Source: Abditibacteriaceae bacterium (GTDB lineage Bacteria > Armatimonadota > Abditibacteriia > Abditibacteriales > Abditibacteriaceae). Taken from it: a stretch of 33,001 bases of DNA. The stretch lies in contig JANPJS010000244.1 of assembly GCA_031425655.1 (NCBI GenBank), positions 1-33,001 on the forward strand, in the 5' to 3' direction. Within the stretch, counting starts at the first letter, position 1. Each line of letters opens with the position of its first letter. Both the position numbers and the translations under genes were made by a program. Positions 18,169-27,080 of this stretch are shown here, one piece after another. The notes under the pieces are model-generated. The model did not search any database. It was not told where the DNA came from and saw only the letters and a list, made by a program, of their open reading frames with translations.

Positions 18169-19476
18169 ATGGGTTCCTTAGTAGTGGTCGGCGCGCAGTG
18201 GGGCGATGAAGGCAAGGGCCGCATCGTTGACCTGCTCAGCGAGCGCGCCGATGTCGTGGTGCGGTTTCAGGGCGGCGCCAATGCCGGGCACACGATTATC
18301 GCCGATGGGCAAGAATACGTTTTGCACTTGATTCCCAGCGGTTTCGTGCGCGGCAAAACCTGCCTCATCGGCAACGGCGTCGTGATAGATTTGCCGACGC
18401 TTTTCGAGGAAATGGACGGCTTGGCGGCGCGCGGCTTTCCAACGGAAGGCAAGTTATACGTTTCCGACCGCGCGCACTTGACGCTGCCGTATCACCGTTT
18501 ATTGGACGCGGCGCGCGAAGAAGCCAACGTGGCGCGAAAAATCGGCACCACGATGCGCGGCATCGGCCCGACTTACGTTGACAAAATGATGCGTATCGGC
18601 CTGCGCGTCGCCGACTTGTTCGACGAAGACTTGTTAACCGAAAAAATCGCCGCCAACTGGGAAGAAAAAACGCACGGTCTGCGCCATCTTACCGAAGAGC
18701 AGCGCCCACATCCCGAAGCGGTTTTAGGCCAATATCTGCTTTACGCCGCGCGCCTCAAGCCCTTTGTCACCGATTGCTCGGTTGTGCTCGATAAAGCGCG
18801 TCGCGCCGGACAGCATATTTTGTTTGAAGGCGCGCAGGGCACCGGATTGGACATTGATTTCGGGACGTATCCTTATGTCACGTCATCGAATACCATCGCG
18901 GGCGGTGCTTGCACCGGCAGCGGCGTCGGGCCGACTTCGATTGACCACGTTGCGGGCATTGCCAAAGCCTACATCACGCGCGTTGGCGAAGGCCCGTTTC
19001 CCACGCTGATGGAAGGCGAAATCGAAGAAAAATGTCGCCAAATCGGTCAGGAATTCGGCGCCACGACGGGCCGCAAACGCTTGTGCGGCTGGTATGACGC
19101 AATGCTCACACGCCACGCCGCGCGCGTCAACGGGCTAAGCAGCCTTATCATCACCAAACTCGACGTGCTCGATCATTTCGAGGAGATCAAGCTTTGCACC
19201 GGCTATCTTTACAAAGGCGAGCCGCTCGACCATTTTCCGACTTCGTTGAAGCAATTAGCGCAGTGTGAGCCGGTTTATGAAACCTTCCCCGGCTGGATGT
19301 CGCCGACCGGCGCGGCGCGGCGCCTGAGCGATCTGCCGGACAACGCGCGCCGCTATATCGCGCGCCTGGAAGAAGTCTCGGATGTGCCGGTTTCGATGAT
19401 TTCCGTGTCACCGTCGCGCGAATCGTTCATCACTTTAGACGAGTCGCTGCTACGCTACGATTTCAAGCGAGATTAG
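18169..19476 (+). CDS. purA: Adenylosuccinate synthetase
   Basis: GAQWGDEGKG, RFQGGANAGHT, FEGAQG, GTYPYVTSS and EFGATTGR. Confidence 0.98.
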   Translation: MGSLVVVGAQWGDEGKGRIVDLLSERADVVVRFQGGANAGHTIIADGQEYVLHLIPSGFVRGKTCLIGNGVVIDLPTLFEEMDGLAARGFPTEGKLYVSDRAHLTLPYHRLLDAAREEANVARKIGTTMRGIGPTYVDKMMRIGLRVADLFDEDLLTEKIAANWEEKTHGLRHLTEEQRPHPEAVLGQYLLYAARLKPFVTDCSVVLDKARRAGQHILFEGAQGTGLDIDFGTYPYVTSSNTIAGGACTGSGVGPTSIDHVAGIAKAYITRVGEGPFPTLMEGEIEEKCRQIGQEFGATTGRKRLCGWYDAMLTRHAARVNGLSSLIITKLDVLDHFEEIKLCTGYLYKGEPLDHFPTSLKQLAQCEPVYETFPGWMSPTGAARRLSDLPDNARRYIARLEEVSDVPVSMISVSPSRESFITLDESLLRYDFKRD

Positions 19477-19568
19477 TTTTAAACACAAAGAACACAAAGA
19501 ATTGCACAAAGACCCACAAAGAAATTTTTTTGTGCTTTGTGCCTCCTTTGTGTTATTTGTGTTTAAAA
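19477..19568. repeat. Periodic CACAAAG palindrome
   Basis: TTTTAAACACAAAGAACACAAAG ... CTTTGTGTTATTTGTGTTTAAAA, starting immediately after the purA stop; similar to 3289-3351. Confidence 0.8.
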
Positions 19569-19576
19569 TTCCCTTC

Positions 19577-20668
19577 ATGGCGCGAACTTCTTCGATGATG
19601 GCGGGCAGTGCAGCGGCGACGTTTGCCGTTTCCAGCGCCGCGCCCGTCGTGTTGTGCCCGCCGATTCGCCGCATTGCCACGTTTCATCTCAACAGCCTCA
19701 GCGATTTTCTGTTTTCTCTGCCGGCGCTGCACGCTTTACGCGAAGGCTTTCCCGGCGCGCATATTTGCGCCGTTTTGCGGCCCGGTCTGGCCGCGCTTTT
19801 AGAAGGTTCGCCGCTTGTGAACGAAATTCTGCTGCGTCCCAAAGGCGGCGTTTCGGCCCAGGCGGCGCTGATGGCGCGACTAACCACGCATCATTTCGAC
19901 ATCGCTCTGGCGTTTTCGCAATCGCGCCAGTGTTCGCTGCTGGCGTTTTCGACGCGCGCTCCGGTGCGACTGGGTTATCAGGGCGCCAAAATGGACGCAT
20001 TGCTCACGCATCACATCGTTTGCGACGGCCCGTTTAGCATGGAAGCCGCGCTCGATTTCGTGCGCGCGTTGGGCTGTCCGGCGCGCCAATACGATTACTG
20101 TGGCTTGGTTCAGCCTTCGCCGGCAGACGCGAAAACCGCCGACGCATTATTGGAAGCGCGTGGCATCGGCGGCGAATTTTTGCTGGCGGCCTGCGCCGGA
20201 GTTGAGCGCGCCTACGACCGCCGCGCTCTGGGCGAATGGCCGGCAGAGCAGTGGATCGCGGCATTGGCGGAATTATCGCCGCGCTGGCCTATTGTTTTGG
20301 CCGGAAGCCGCGCTATGCCTGCCGTCGCGCAGGTGATTGGTGGCCAGATTCACGACTTCGGCGGCAAAACCACGCTGCCGATTTTGGCGGCGCTGTGCGG
20401 CAAAGCGAAGCTGGTTTTAGGCGCCGACAGCGGCGTTTTGCACCTCGCGGCGGCCATGAAAACGCCGGTCGTCGGCATTTATGGCCCGACCGATTGGCAG
20501 CAAACCGGCCCGCGCGGCGTGTCGCATCGCATCGTGCGCCACGCGGTCGAATGCTCGCCCTGCCTGCTCACAAAATGCAAATGGCAAGGCGCCGACGAAC
20601 GCAAATGCCTGACGCAAATCGCGCCCACGCAAGTAGTTCAGGCCGCGCGCGAGTTGATTGGAATTTGA
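19577..20668 (+). CDS. Glycosyltransferase family 9 (LPS heptosyltransferase-like)
   Basis: LSDFLFSLPALHALREGFPGA, GKTTL, DSGVLHLAAAMKTPVVGIYGPT and C-terminal CSPC...C...C. Confidence 0.88.
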   Translation: MARTSSMMAGSAAATFAVSSAAPVVLCPPIRRIATFHLNSLSDFLFSLPALHALREGFPGAHICAVLRPGLAALLEGSPLVNEILLRPKGGVSAQAALMARLTTHHFDIALAFSQSRQCSLLAFSTRAPVRLGYQGAKMDALLTHHIVCDGPFSMEAALDFVRALGCPARQYDYCGLVQPSPADAKTADALLEARGIGGEFLLAACAGVERAYDRRALGEWPAEQWIAALAELSPRWPIVLAGSRAMPAVAQVIGGQIHDFGGKTTLPILAALCGKAKLVLGADSGVLHLAAAMKTPVVGIYGPTDWQQTGPRGVSHRIVRHAVECSPCLLTKCKWQGADERKCLTQIAPTQVVQAARELIGI

Positions 20669-21615
20669 TGCTGCCACAACCCATTACTTCACAGTTGCAA
20701 AATGTCCGGCGTATTTTAGTCGCAGGCGCGGGAGGCGGATTTGATGTGGTTTGTGGCCTTCCGCTCTTTTTCGCGCTCGAAAAGATGGGCTATGAAGTTC
20801 ATTTAGCGAATCTGAGTTTCTCGCGGTTGAGCGAAGCGACGGGTGTTAATCGGCATGGCGATGTGCTGTTTGAAGTGACGGAGCAATCACAAGGTGCCGG
20901 ATATTTCCCGGAAAGGCATCTCTGCCGCTGGTTCGCTTCCCGTTTAAAGAAACGCGTGCCTGTTTGGTGCTTTCAGGCAACGGGTGTGCAGCCTTACGCC
21001 GCAAGTTATGCGTATTTAGTAGAACGCTTGCAGATTGATGCTGTTTTGCTGATAGACGGCGGTGTAGATTCACTTCTGCGCGGTGACGAGCATTCGCTGG
21101 GAACACCATTGTGGGATGCGCTTTCCGTTGCGGCGGTCAACGAGTTAAAAACACAATCGTTTTTGGCTTCGGTTGGATTCGGCGCCGAACGCTGGGACAA
21201 AATTCCACATTCGCAGGCATTGGCACGCATTGCCGAACTAACTGTGAGTCATGCGCTTCTCGGAGTGTCTGCCTTGTTGCCGCAAACTACAGAAGCGCAG
21301 CTTTTTATGCAGGCTGCTTCCTATATTTTCGAGCAGCAGCCTGAAATTCGACCGAGCACGATTGTCTGTTCGATATTGGCGGCCTTGCGCGGTGAATTTG
21401 GTGAAAGACCGGTCAATTCATTCACTCAAACCACGCCAATCTGGGTTTCTCCTTTGATGAATCTTTACTGGTTTTTCGATTTGTCCGAAGTCGCGCGGAG
21501 TAATCTATATTTGCATCGTTTGACAGGCACGCAGACTTTAGCTGAAGCTGCAGAGCGATTGCGTGAGTTCACCGATACGCAAACGCCCAAGCAATGGGAA
21601 AGCATTCCCATCTAA
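20668..21615 (+). CDS. DUF1152-like protein
   Basis: RILVAGAGGGFDV, YFPE, LIDGGVDSLLRGDE.SLGTP and WVSPLMNLYWFFD; TGATG overlap with the GT9 gene. Confidence 0.75.
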   Translation: MLPQPITSQLQNVRRILVAGAGGGFDVVCGLPLFFALEKMGYEVHLANLSFSRLSEATGVNRHGDVLFEVTEQSQGAGYFPERHLCRWFASRLKKRVPVWCFQATGVQPYAASYAYLVERLQIDAVLLIDGGVDSLLRGDEHSLGTPLWDALSVAAVNELKTQSFLASVGFGAERWDKIPHSQALARIAELTVSHALLGVSALLPQTTEAQLFMQAASYIFEQQPEIRPSTIVCSILAALRGEFGERPVNSFTQTTPIWVSPLMNLYWFFDLSEVARSNLYLHRLTGTQTLAEAAERLREFTDTQTPKQWESIPI

Positions 21616-21639
21616 TTCGCTACTCTAACGACAAACTTT

Positions 21640-22422
21640 ATGAATAATATGCGTTCACAGGCTGTAATTCTCATTCCCGCGCGCTATGGTTCGACGCGTT
21701 TTCCCGGCAAGCCACTGGCGCTGCTCGGCGGCGCGCCAGTTATTGAACACGTCGCGCGGGCAGCGTTGCAGGTCAGAAACGCGAGTGCGGTTTGCGTGGC
21801 GACTGATGATGAACGCATCGCTACTGCGGTGAAAAACGCTTTTTCGGACGCCGAAATCTCCGTGGTGATGACCGGCGAATGCCGGACGGGCACCGACCGA
21901 TTGGCGCAAGCTGTTCGTGCGTTGGCCAGCGATGATTTGCAAAACCTGATTGTCGTCAACGTGCAGGGCGACGAGCCGTTTATTAATCCGCAGCACGTTG
22001 ATTTGCTGATCGAAGCGATGCAAAGCGAAAATTTGCAAATGGCAACACTCGCCACGCCGCTGCTGGAACACTTGACGGGCGATACCAACGTCGTCAAAGT
22101 CGTCTGCGCGCAAAATGGCGACGCGCTGTATTTTTCCCGCTTGCCGATTCCCTTCGCGCGCGACGGCGAAAGCGTGCCTCGTTTGCGTCATCTTGGCGTT
22201 TATGCTTATCGCGCGCCGTGGCTGCTGAAAATGGCCGATTTGCCGTCCACACCGCTTGAAGAAATGGAAAAGTTGGAGCAACTCCGCGCTCTCGAAAGCG
22301 GCGTGGCGATTCGCGTTATCGTTGTCGAAAACGTCGTGGACATCGCTATTGACACGCCCGAAGATTTAGCACGAGCCGAAGCGTTTATTAACCGCCAAGA
22401 CGCCAAGTGCGCCAAGATTTAA
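21640..22422 (+). CDS. kdsB: 3-deoxy-manno-octulosonate cytidylyltransferase
   Basis: IPARYGSTRFPGKPL, VATDDERI, VNVQGDEP, ALYFSR, LEQLRALE and IDTPEDL. Confidence 0.95.
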   Translation: MNNMRSQAVILIPARYGSTRFPGKPLALLGGAPVIEHVARAALQVRNASAVCVATDDERIATAVKNAFSDAEISVVMTGECRTGTDRLAQAVRALASDDLQNLIVVNVQGDEPFINPQHVDLLIEAMQSENLQMATLATPLLEHLTGDTNVVKVVCAQNGDALYFSRLPIPFARDGESVPRLRHLGVYAYRAPWLLKMADLPSTPLEEMEKLEQLRALESGVAIRVIVVENVVDIAIDTPEDLARAEAFINRQDAKCAKI

Positions 22423-22463
22423 ATTCCGTTCTTGGCGCACTTGGCGTCTTGGCGGTTAATAAA
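22384..22463. repeat. 9-nt-periodic palindrome overlapping the kdsB 3' end
   Basis: Perfect 34-bp inverted repeat TTTATTAACCGCCAAGACGCCAAGTGCGCCAAGA (22384-22417 / 22430-22463). Confidence 0.9.
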
Positions 22464-22464
22464 A

Positions 22465-23139
22465 ATGAAGCAGTTGCAAGAAGAAATCATTGCGTGCCGG
22501 CGATGTCCGCGTTTGGTCGAATGGCGCGAAGGCGTGGCGCAGAATCCGCCGGCGCGCTTTCGCGGCGAGGAATACTGGGCGCGGCCTGTGCCGTCGTTTG
22601 GCGATGCAAATGCGCGGTTGCTCATCGTCGGACTGGCGCCGGGTGCGCATGGCAGCAACCGCACGGGGCGGATGTTCACCGGCGACCGTTCGGGGCAATG
22701 GCTTTTTCGCGCGCTGCATAAAGCCGGTTTCGCCAATCAGCCGACGTGGCAGCGCCGCGACGACGGTCTGCAACTGCGCGATTGCTACATCAACGCCGCC
22801 GCGCGTTGCGCGCCGCCGGGCAACAAGCCTCTGCCCGAAGAATTGATGAACTGTCGCCCGTTTTTGCTGCGCGAAATGGCGCTTTTACCAAACGTGCGCG
22901 TATTACTCGGACTGGGCAAAATCGGTTTCGACGCCGCTTTCGACGCGGCTCGCGCGTCGGACTGGACGACATTGAAAACGCGCCCCAAATTCGCGCACGG
23001 CGCCGAATGCGAAATCGCACCAAACTTAACGCTGCTCGGCACTTTTCACCCCAGCCAGCAGAACACTTTTACGGGCAAACTTACCGAACCAATGCTCGAC
23101 GCAGTTTTCGCGCGCGTCAACGAAATTCTGGCTCTATGA
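22465..23139 (+). CDS. udgB: Uracil-DNA glycosylase family 5 (UdgB-type, Fe-S)
   Basis: CRRCPRL, GLAPGAHGSNRTGRMFTGD, RCAPPGNKP and HPSQQNTFTG. Confidence 0.9.
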   Translation: MKQLQEEIIACRRCPRLVEWREGVAQNPPARFRGEEYWARPVPSFGDANARLLIVGLAPGAHGSNRTGRMFTGDRSGQWLFRALHKAGFANQPTWQRRDDGLQLRDCYINAAARCAPPGNKPLPEELMNCRPFLLREMALLPNVRVLLGLGKIGFDAAFDAARASDWTTLKTRPKFAHGAECEIAPNLTLLGTFHPSQQNTFTGKLTEPMLDAVFARVNEILAL

Positions 23140-24656
23140 ACTCGTCACTCGTCACTCGTCACTCGTCACTCGTCGGAACTGTTTATCTAATCGGCGCCGG
23201 GCCGGGCGATCCCGGCCTCATTACGGTGCGCGGGCGTGAGATTTTGTCGCGCGCCGACGTGGTGGTTTACGACCGCCTCGTCGGGGCCGAATTACTCGAT
23301 TGGTGCCGCGCCGACGCCGAGCGAATCTTCGTCGGCAAAGAAGCCGGGCGCCATTCGATGACGCAGGACGAAATCAATGCCCTTTTGGTCGAAAAAGCGT
23401 TGCAAAACAAGAGCATTTGCCGCTTGAAAGGCGGCGATGTCTTCGTTTTCGGACGCGGCGGCGAGGAAGCCTTGTTTTGCCTCGCACACGGCGTGCCCTT
23501 TGAAATCGTGCCGGGCGTCACGTCGTCCATCGCGGCGCCGGCTTACGCGGGAATCCCCGTCACGCATCGCGGCGTGGCCACCAGTTTCGCGGTCGTCACC
23601 GGGCATACCAAAGACGACGATTCGCCGCCGGAAAACCTGCCCGTCGCTGATACGTTAATTTGTTTGATGGGCGTGCGCGCTTTGCCGAAAATCGTGACGG
23701 CATTACTGGCGCGCGGCGACAGCGCACAAACGCCGGTCGCCCTGGTTCGCTGGGGCACGACCGAGCAGCAGCAAGTCGTGACCGGCACGCTGGAAAACAT
23801 CGAAAACGAGGTCGAGCAAGCGCAATTGAAGCCGCCGGCTCTGATTATCATCGGCGAAGTGGTGAACCTGCGCGAGCAATTGCGCTGGTTCGACAACCGG
23901 CCTTTGTGGGGCAAAACCGTCATTGTCACGCGGGCGCGCGAACAGGCTTCGGGTCTCGTGGCGGGACTGCGCGAACGCGGCGCGCGTGTCATTCAATGCC
24001 CAACGATTCGCGTCGAAGCGTTGGACGATTATGCCATTTTAGACGGCGCATTAAGCGAAATCAGAACCTTTGATTGGATCGTTTTTACTTCGACAAACGG
24101 CGTTCAGCAATTCTGGACGCGCCTGGAAAAGCTCAATCTTGATTCGCGCGCCTTTGCCGCGTCGAAGATCGTCGCCATCGGCCCGGCGACGGCGGATGCC
24201 TTGAAAGCGCGCGGCATCGTCGCCGACTTCGTGCCGGAAAGCTCAATTTCCGAAAGCGTGGCCGAAGGCTTAATCGCGCGCGGCGCGGCCTCCAAAAGGG
24301 TGCTGATCGCGCGTGCCCTCGAAGGCCGTGAAGTGTTGGAGCAAACGCTGCGCGAAGCCGGCGCCGAAGTGACAATCGCGCCGTGCTATCGCACTCTTCC
24401 CGACCATTCGCAAGCGGAACTCGTCCAAAGCGAACTCGAAGCCGGGCGCGTGGATTGGATTACCTTCACTTCGTCCTCAACTGTGCAGAATTTCGTGGAT
24501 GCCGTCGGCGCCGAACTCGTTGCCCAAACGCGCCCTAAATTCCGCGTTGCCTGCATCGGCCCGATTACCGCAAAAACCGCCGCAAGTCTCAATATCGTGC
24601 CCGATGCCGTGGCTGAAAACGCCAGCGTCGAATCGTTAACGGCAGTCTTAAAATGA
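23136..24656 (+). CDS. cobA: Fused uroporphyrinogen-III C-methyltransferase / uroporphyrinogen-III synthase (CobA-HemD)
   Basis: VYLIGAGPGDPGLIT, RLKGGD, VPGVTS, then LRWFDNRPLWGK and a HemD domain (FTSTNGV, FTSSSTV, CIGPIT); ATGA overlap with udgB. Confidence 0.93.
   Translation: MNSSLVTRHSSLVGTVYLIGAGPGDPGLITVRGREILSRADVVVYDRLVGAELLDWCRADAERIFVGKEAGRHSMTQDEINALLVEKALQNKSICRLKGGDVFVFGRGGEEALFCLAHGVPFEIVPGVTSSIAAPAYAGIPVTHRGVATSFAVVTGHTKDDDSPPENLPVADTLICLMGVRALPKIVTALLARGDSAQTPVALVRWGTTEQQQVVTGTLENIENEVEQAQLKPPALIIIGEVVNLREQLRWFDNRPLWGKTVIVTRAREQASGLVAGLRERGARVIQCPTIRVEALDDYAILDGALSEIRTFDWIVFTSTNGVQQFWTRLEKLNLDSRAFAASKIVAIGPATADALKARGIVADFVPESSISESVAEGLIARGAASKRVLIARALEGREVLEQTLREAGAEVTIAPCYRTLPDHSQAELVQSELEAGRVDWITFTSSSTVQNFVDAVGAELVAQTRPKFRVACIGPITAKTAASLNIVPDAVAENASVESLTAVLK
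23140..23174 (+). repeat. Tandem heptamer (ACTCGTC)x5 within the cobA-hemD start
   Basis: Five exact units directly after ATGA. Confidence 0.9.
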
Positions 24657-24740
24657 ATTCACCGCACAAACGCCGAAAGAGAAAAGGGCTTGGAGTCGTT
24701 AAAGTGGTTTTGAGAAAGTTGACCCCGTGCAGTTTTTGAA

Positions 24741-24787
24741 GGCAGAACCCCCAAGCCCCCTTATCAAGGGGGTTGGGGGGTTCTGCC
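24741..24787. repeat. Single hairpin related to the DUF559-flanking repeats
   Basis: GGCAGAACCCCCAAGCCCCCTTATCAAGGGGGTTGGGGGGTTCTGCC between convergent genes. Confidence 0.8.
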
Positions 24788-24824
24788 GCGTTATGTTGCT
24801 GGCTCGACTCTTCCGCGAACCGAT

Positions 24825-26258
24825 TTACGCCGAACTTTTGACCAGATGCTTCAACAGCCAGCGCACCGGTTTGGCATCGAGCGTATCACGATAGAATTCG
24901 TTGCCGGCGCGGTGGCCGATTTCAGCGAGCGTCGGGTAAACGTGAATCGCTTCGGCGAATTCTTGCAGCAAAGCGCCATCGCGCACGGCGGGCACGAAAG
25001 CGTGAATCAATTCGCCCGCCTGTGGCCCGATGATGTGCGCGCCGACGATGCGTCCGCTGCCCGTGGTTACCACTTTGAGAAAGCCGAACGTCTCGCCTTC
25101 GATAATGGCGCGATCCAGATGATCGAACGGCACGCGATAGGTTTTGATTTCGCCGTGCGCCAGCCGTGCTTCGTCTTCGGTGAGGCCGAGGTGCGCGATT
25201 TCCGGGTCGGTGAAAGTCGTCCACGGCACCACGCGATAATCGGCTTTGGCTTTGAACGGCAATAATGCGTTTTGCGCGGCGATTTTAGCCTGATATTCGG
25301 CGACGTGCGTGAAAAGATACTTCCCGGTCGCATCGCCGCACGCGAAAATGTGCCGCGCGCCGGTTTGCAGATGCTCGTCCACCACGATGCCGTTTTCATT
25401 CATCGTCACGCCCGCTGCCCCAAGATTGAGCGTGTCGTGCGGCGCTTTGCCGATGGCTAACAAAACTTGGCCGGCTTCGATGGATTGCTCTTCGCCTTCA
25501 CTCTCGAACTCGACGCGAATGCGGTCGCCGTTTTTCGCCACGCGGCGCGTTTGAGCGTTCAAGACAACTTGCACACCGTCGTTTTGCAGCAACCGGCGGC
25601 ACGCTTCCGATAAATCACGGTCTTCTTTGGGCAACAATCGCTCGCTTTTTTGCAGCAGCGTGACTTTGCAGCCAAAGCGCGCGAAAGCCTGGGCGAATTC
25701 GCAGCCGATTGGCCCGCCGCCGAGAATCGCTAAGGAGCGCGGCAGCGACGGCACATCGTAAATCGTTTCGTGCGTGAGATAAGTCACGTCACCCAAACCG
25801 GGCAGGTCGGGAATCCGGTTTTTGGTGCCGGTAGCGAGGATAAATTTTGTGGCGCGCAGGTGTCGAACGCCGCTTTTCGTTTGCACTTCGAGCGTGTGCG
25901 AATCCACAAACTTGGCTTCGCCTTGAATGAAATCTATTTTCGAGCGATTCATTTCGGCACGTTCGAGAAGTTTGATTTCGTCGCGCACGGCGGCTAAGCG
26001 CAGTTGCACGGCGCGCCAGATTATGCGCGGGTTTTCGACATGAACGCCGAATTCGGCGGCGCGCGAGACCATCTCGAAAACTTTGGCCGATTTAATTAAG
26101 GCTTTCGAGGGCACGCAGCCTGTCCACAGGCACTCGCCGCCCATTTTCGCGCGTTCGACCAATGCGGTTTTAGCGCCTAAGCTGTCACAGACAAAGGCGG
26201 AAACCAGTCCGCCCGTCCCGGCGCCAACGACCACCACATCGTAAATTTCAGGGTTCAT
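24825..26258 (-). CDS. FAD-dependent pyridine nucleotide-disulfide oxidoreductase (MerA/LpdA-like)
   Basis: VVGAGTGG, GGECLWTGCVPSK, GGGPIGCE, FTDPE and HVYPT; no C-terminal Cys-Cys. Confidence 0.9.
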   Translation of the reverse strand: MNPEIYDVVVVGAGTGGLVSAFVCDSLGAKTALVERAKMGGECLWTGCVPSKALIKSAKVFEMVSRAAEFGVHVENPRIIWRAVQLRLAAVRDEIKLLERAEMNRSKIDFIQGEAKFVDSHTLEVQTKSGVRHLRATKFILATGTKNRIPDLPGLGDVTYLTHETIYDVPSLPRSLAILGGGPIGCEFAQAFARFGCKVTLLQKSERLLPKEDRDLSEACRRLLQNDGVQVVLNAQTRRVAKNGDRIRVEFESEGEEQSIEAGQVLLAIGKAPHDTLNLGAAGVTMNENGIVVDEHLQTGARHIFACGDATGKYLFTHVAEYQAKIAAQNALLPFKAKADYRVVPWTTFTDPEIAHLGLTEDEARLAHGEIKTYRVPFDHLDRAIIEGETFGFLKVVTTGSGRIVGAHIIGPQAGELIHAFVPAVRDGALLQEFAEAIHVYPTLAEIGHRAGNEFYRDTLDAKPVRWLLKHLVKSSA

Positions 26259-26360
26259 GCTTGGGAGGTTATCGCATTGGGCAGGCTGCGGATGCTCCGT
26301 CAGGGCCGGCTTTTCGCAATCGTGTAAATTTGCATCGCCCACGGTTTTTCTGCCGAACTT

Positions 26361-26415
26361 TTACTTTCCCGCGTTCCAGCCGCCGTCAATGACAAGCGCC
26401 TCGCCGGTGACGAAA
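26361..26415 (-). pseudogene. Orphan copy of the last ~18 codons of the SDR gene
   Basis: 26361-26411 is identical to 27081-27131; 54/55 over 26361-26415, including the stop codon. Confidence 0.92.
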
Positions 26416-26427
26416 TACCTCCCCGTA

Positions 26428-27069
26428 TTAGATTGCCCCCTGTATTTTCAGGCAGCGGGCCGCTTCCCGAAAAGATTCGCGGAGATGCTCTTTCCTCGCC
26501 TCCCGCTCTGCTGGATCAGGAGTGATAAAGGCTTGGGAACTAGTATGGTAGGTTGAGATGACACTCAGATTTCGGTCGGCGAGCAATTTCGGGTAACGGC
26601 GCGTCAGGCGGTTCCACCCGCTCAGAGCGTCACCTCCGTGAAGCATGACGACTTGAAGGTAGGGCAATAATTCTATGAGCTTCCTCATCGGTTCAACACC
26701 GGCATCCAACTCGGCGGCTTTGGGTTTGCGGTTGATATACCAAGGATAGGCGTTCCATGGGACGATATCCTCTGCACCAATTCCAACACCAACGAATAAT
26801 CGGCAGAGGGCTTCGGCGGTCGGGTCGTCGTTTTCCATGCACAGAAAGCCGCTGCCCGTATTGTCTTGAGTCTTTGGCCCCGGATCACGCAGAATACTTA
26901 AAAGTCGGGCCTTGACTCCTCCATACATGGGTGCGATGTAAGGTGCCCAGCCTCGTTCGTTGTCGTTGCGTAACTCGTCAACCAGCCGGTTGAAAGGAGC
27001 AATGTGTTCGTCGTAGCGGTGTTCCAACTGGTTTTTGCGAAATTTCGTATCAGCCATGCGTCGTGCCAT
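26428..27069 (-). CDS. Uracil-DNA glycosylase-superfamily protein (atypical)
   Basis: ARLLSILRDPG (motif A position), NDDPTA, PWNAYPW, VVMLHG and YHTS (motif B position); no Fe-S cysteine pattern. Confidence 0.7.
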   Translation of the reverse strand: MARRMADTKFRKNQLEHRYDEHIAPFNRLVDELRNDNERGWAPYIAPMYGGVKARLLSILRDPGPKTQDNTGSGFLCMENDDPTAEALCRLFVGVGIGAEDIVPWNAYPWYINRKPKAAELDAGVEPMRKLIELLPYLQVVMLHGGDALSGWNRLTRRYPKLLADRNLSVISTYHTSSQAFITPDPAEREARKEHLRESFREAARCLKIQGAI

Positions 27070-27080
27070 GAATTCCCCCC

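Noticed and set aside
22746..23135. Long N-terminal extensions in the ORF track (cobA-hemD from 22746, DUF1152 from 20236, GT9 from 19502, UxaA from 29242)
   Set aside because: They overlap neighbouring genes or repeats; downstream ATGs give stop/start coupling and family-typical lengths.
24825..26258. Mercuric reductase merA
   Set aside because: Lacks the C-terminal Cys-Cys pair, the NmerA domain and other mer genes.
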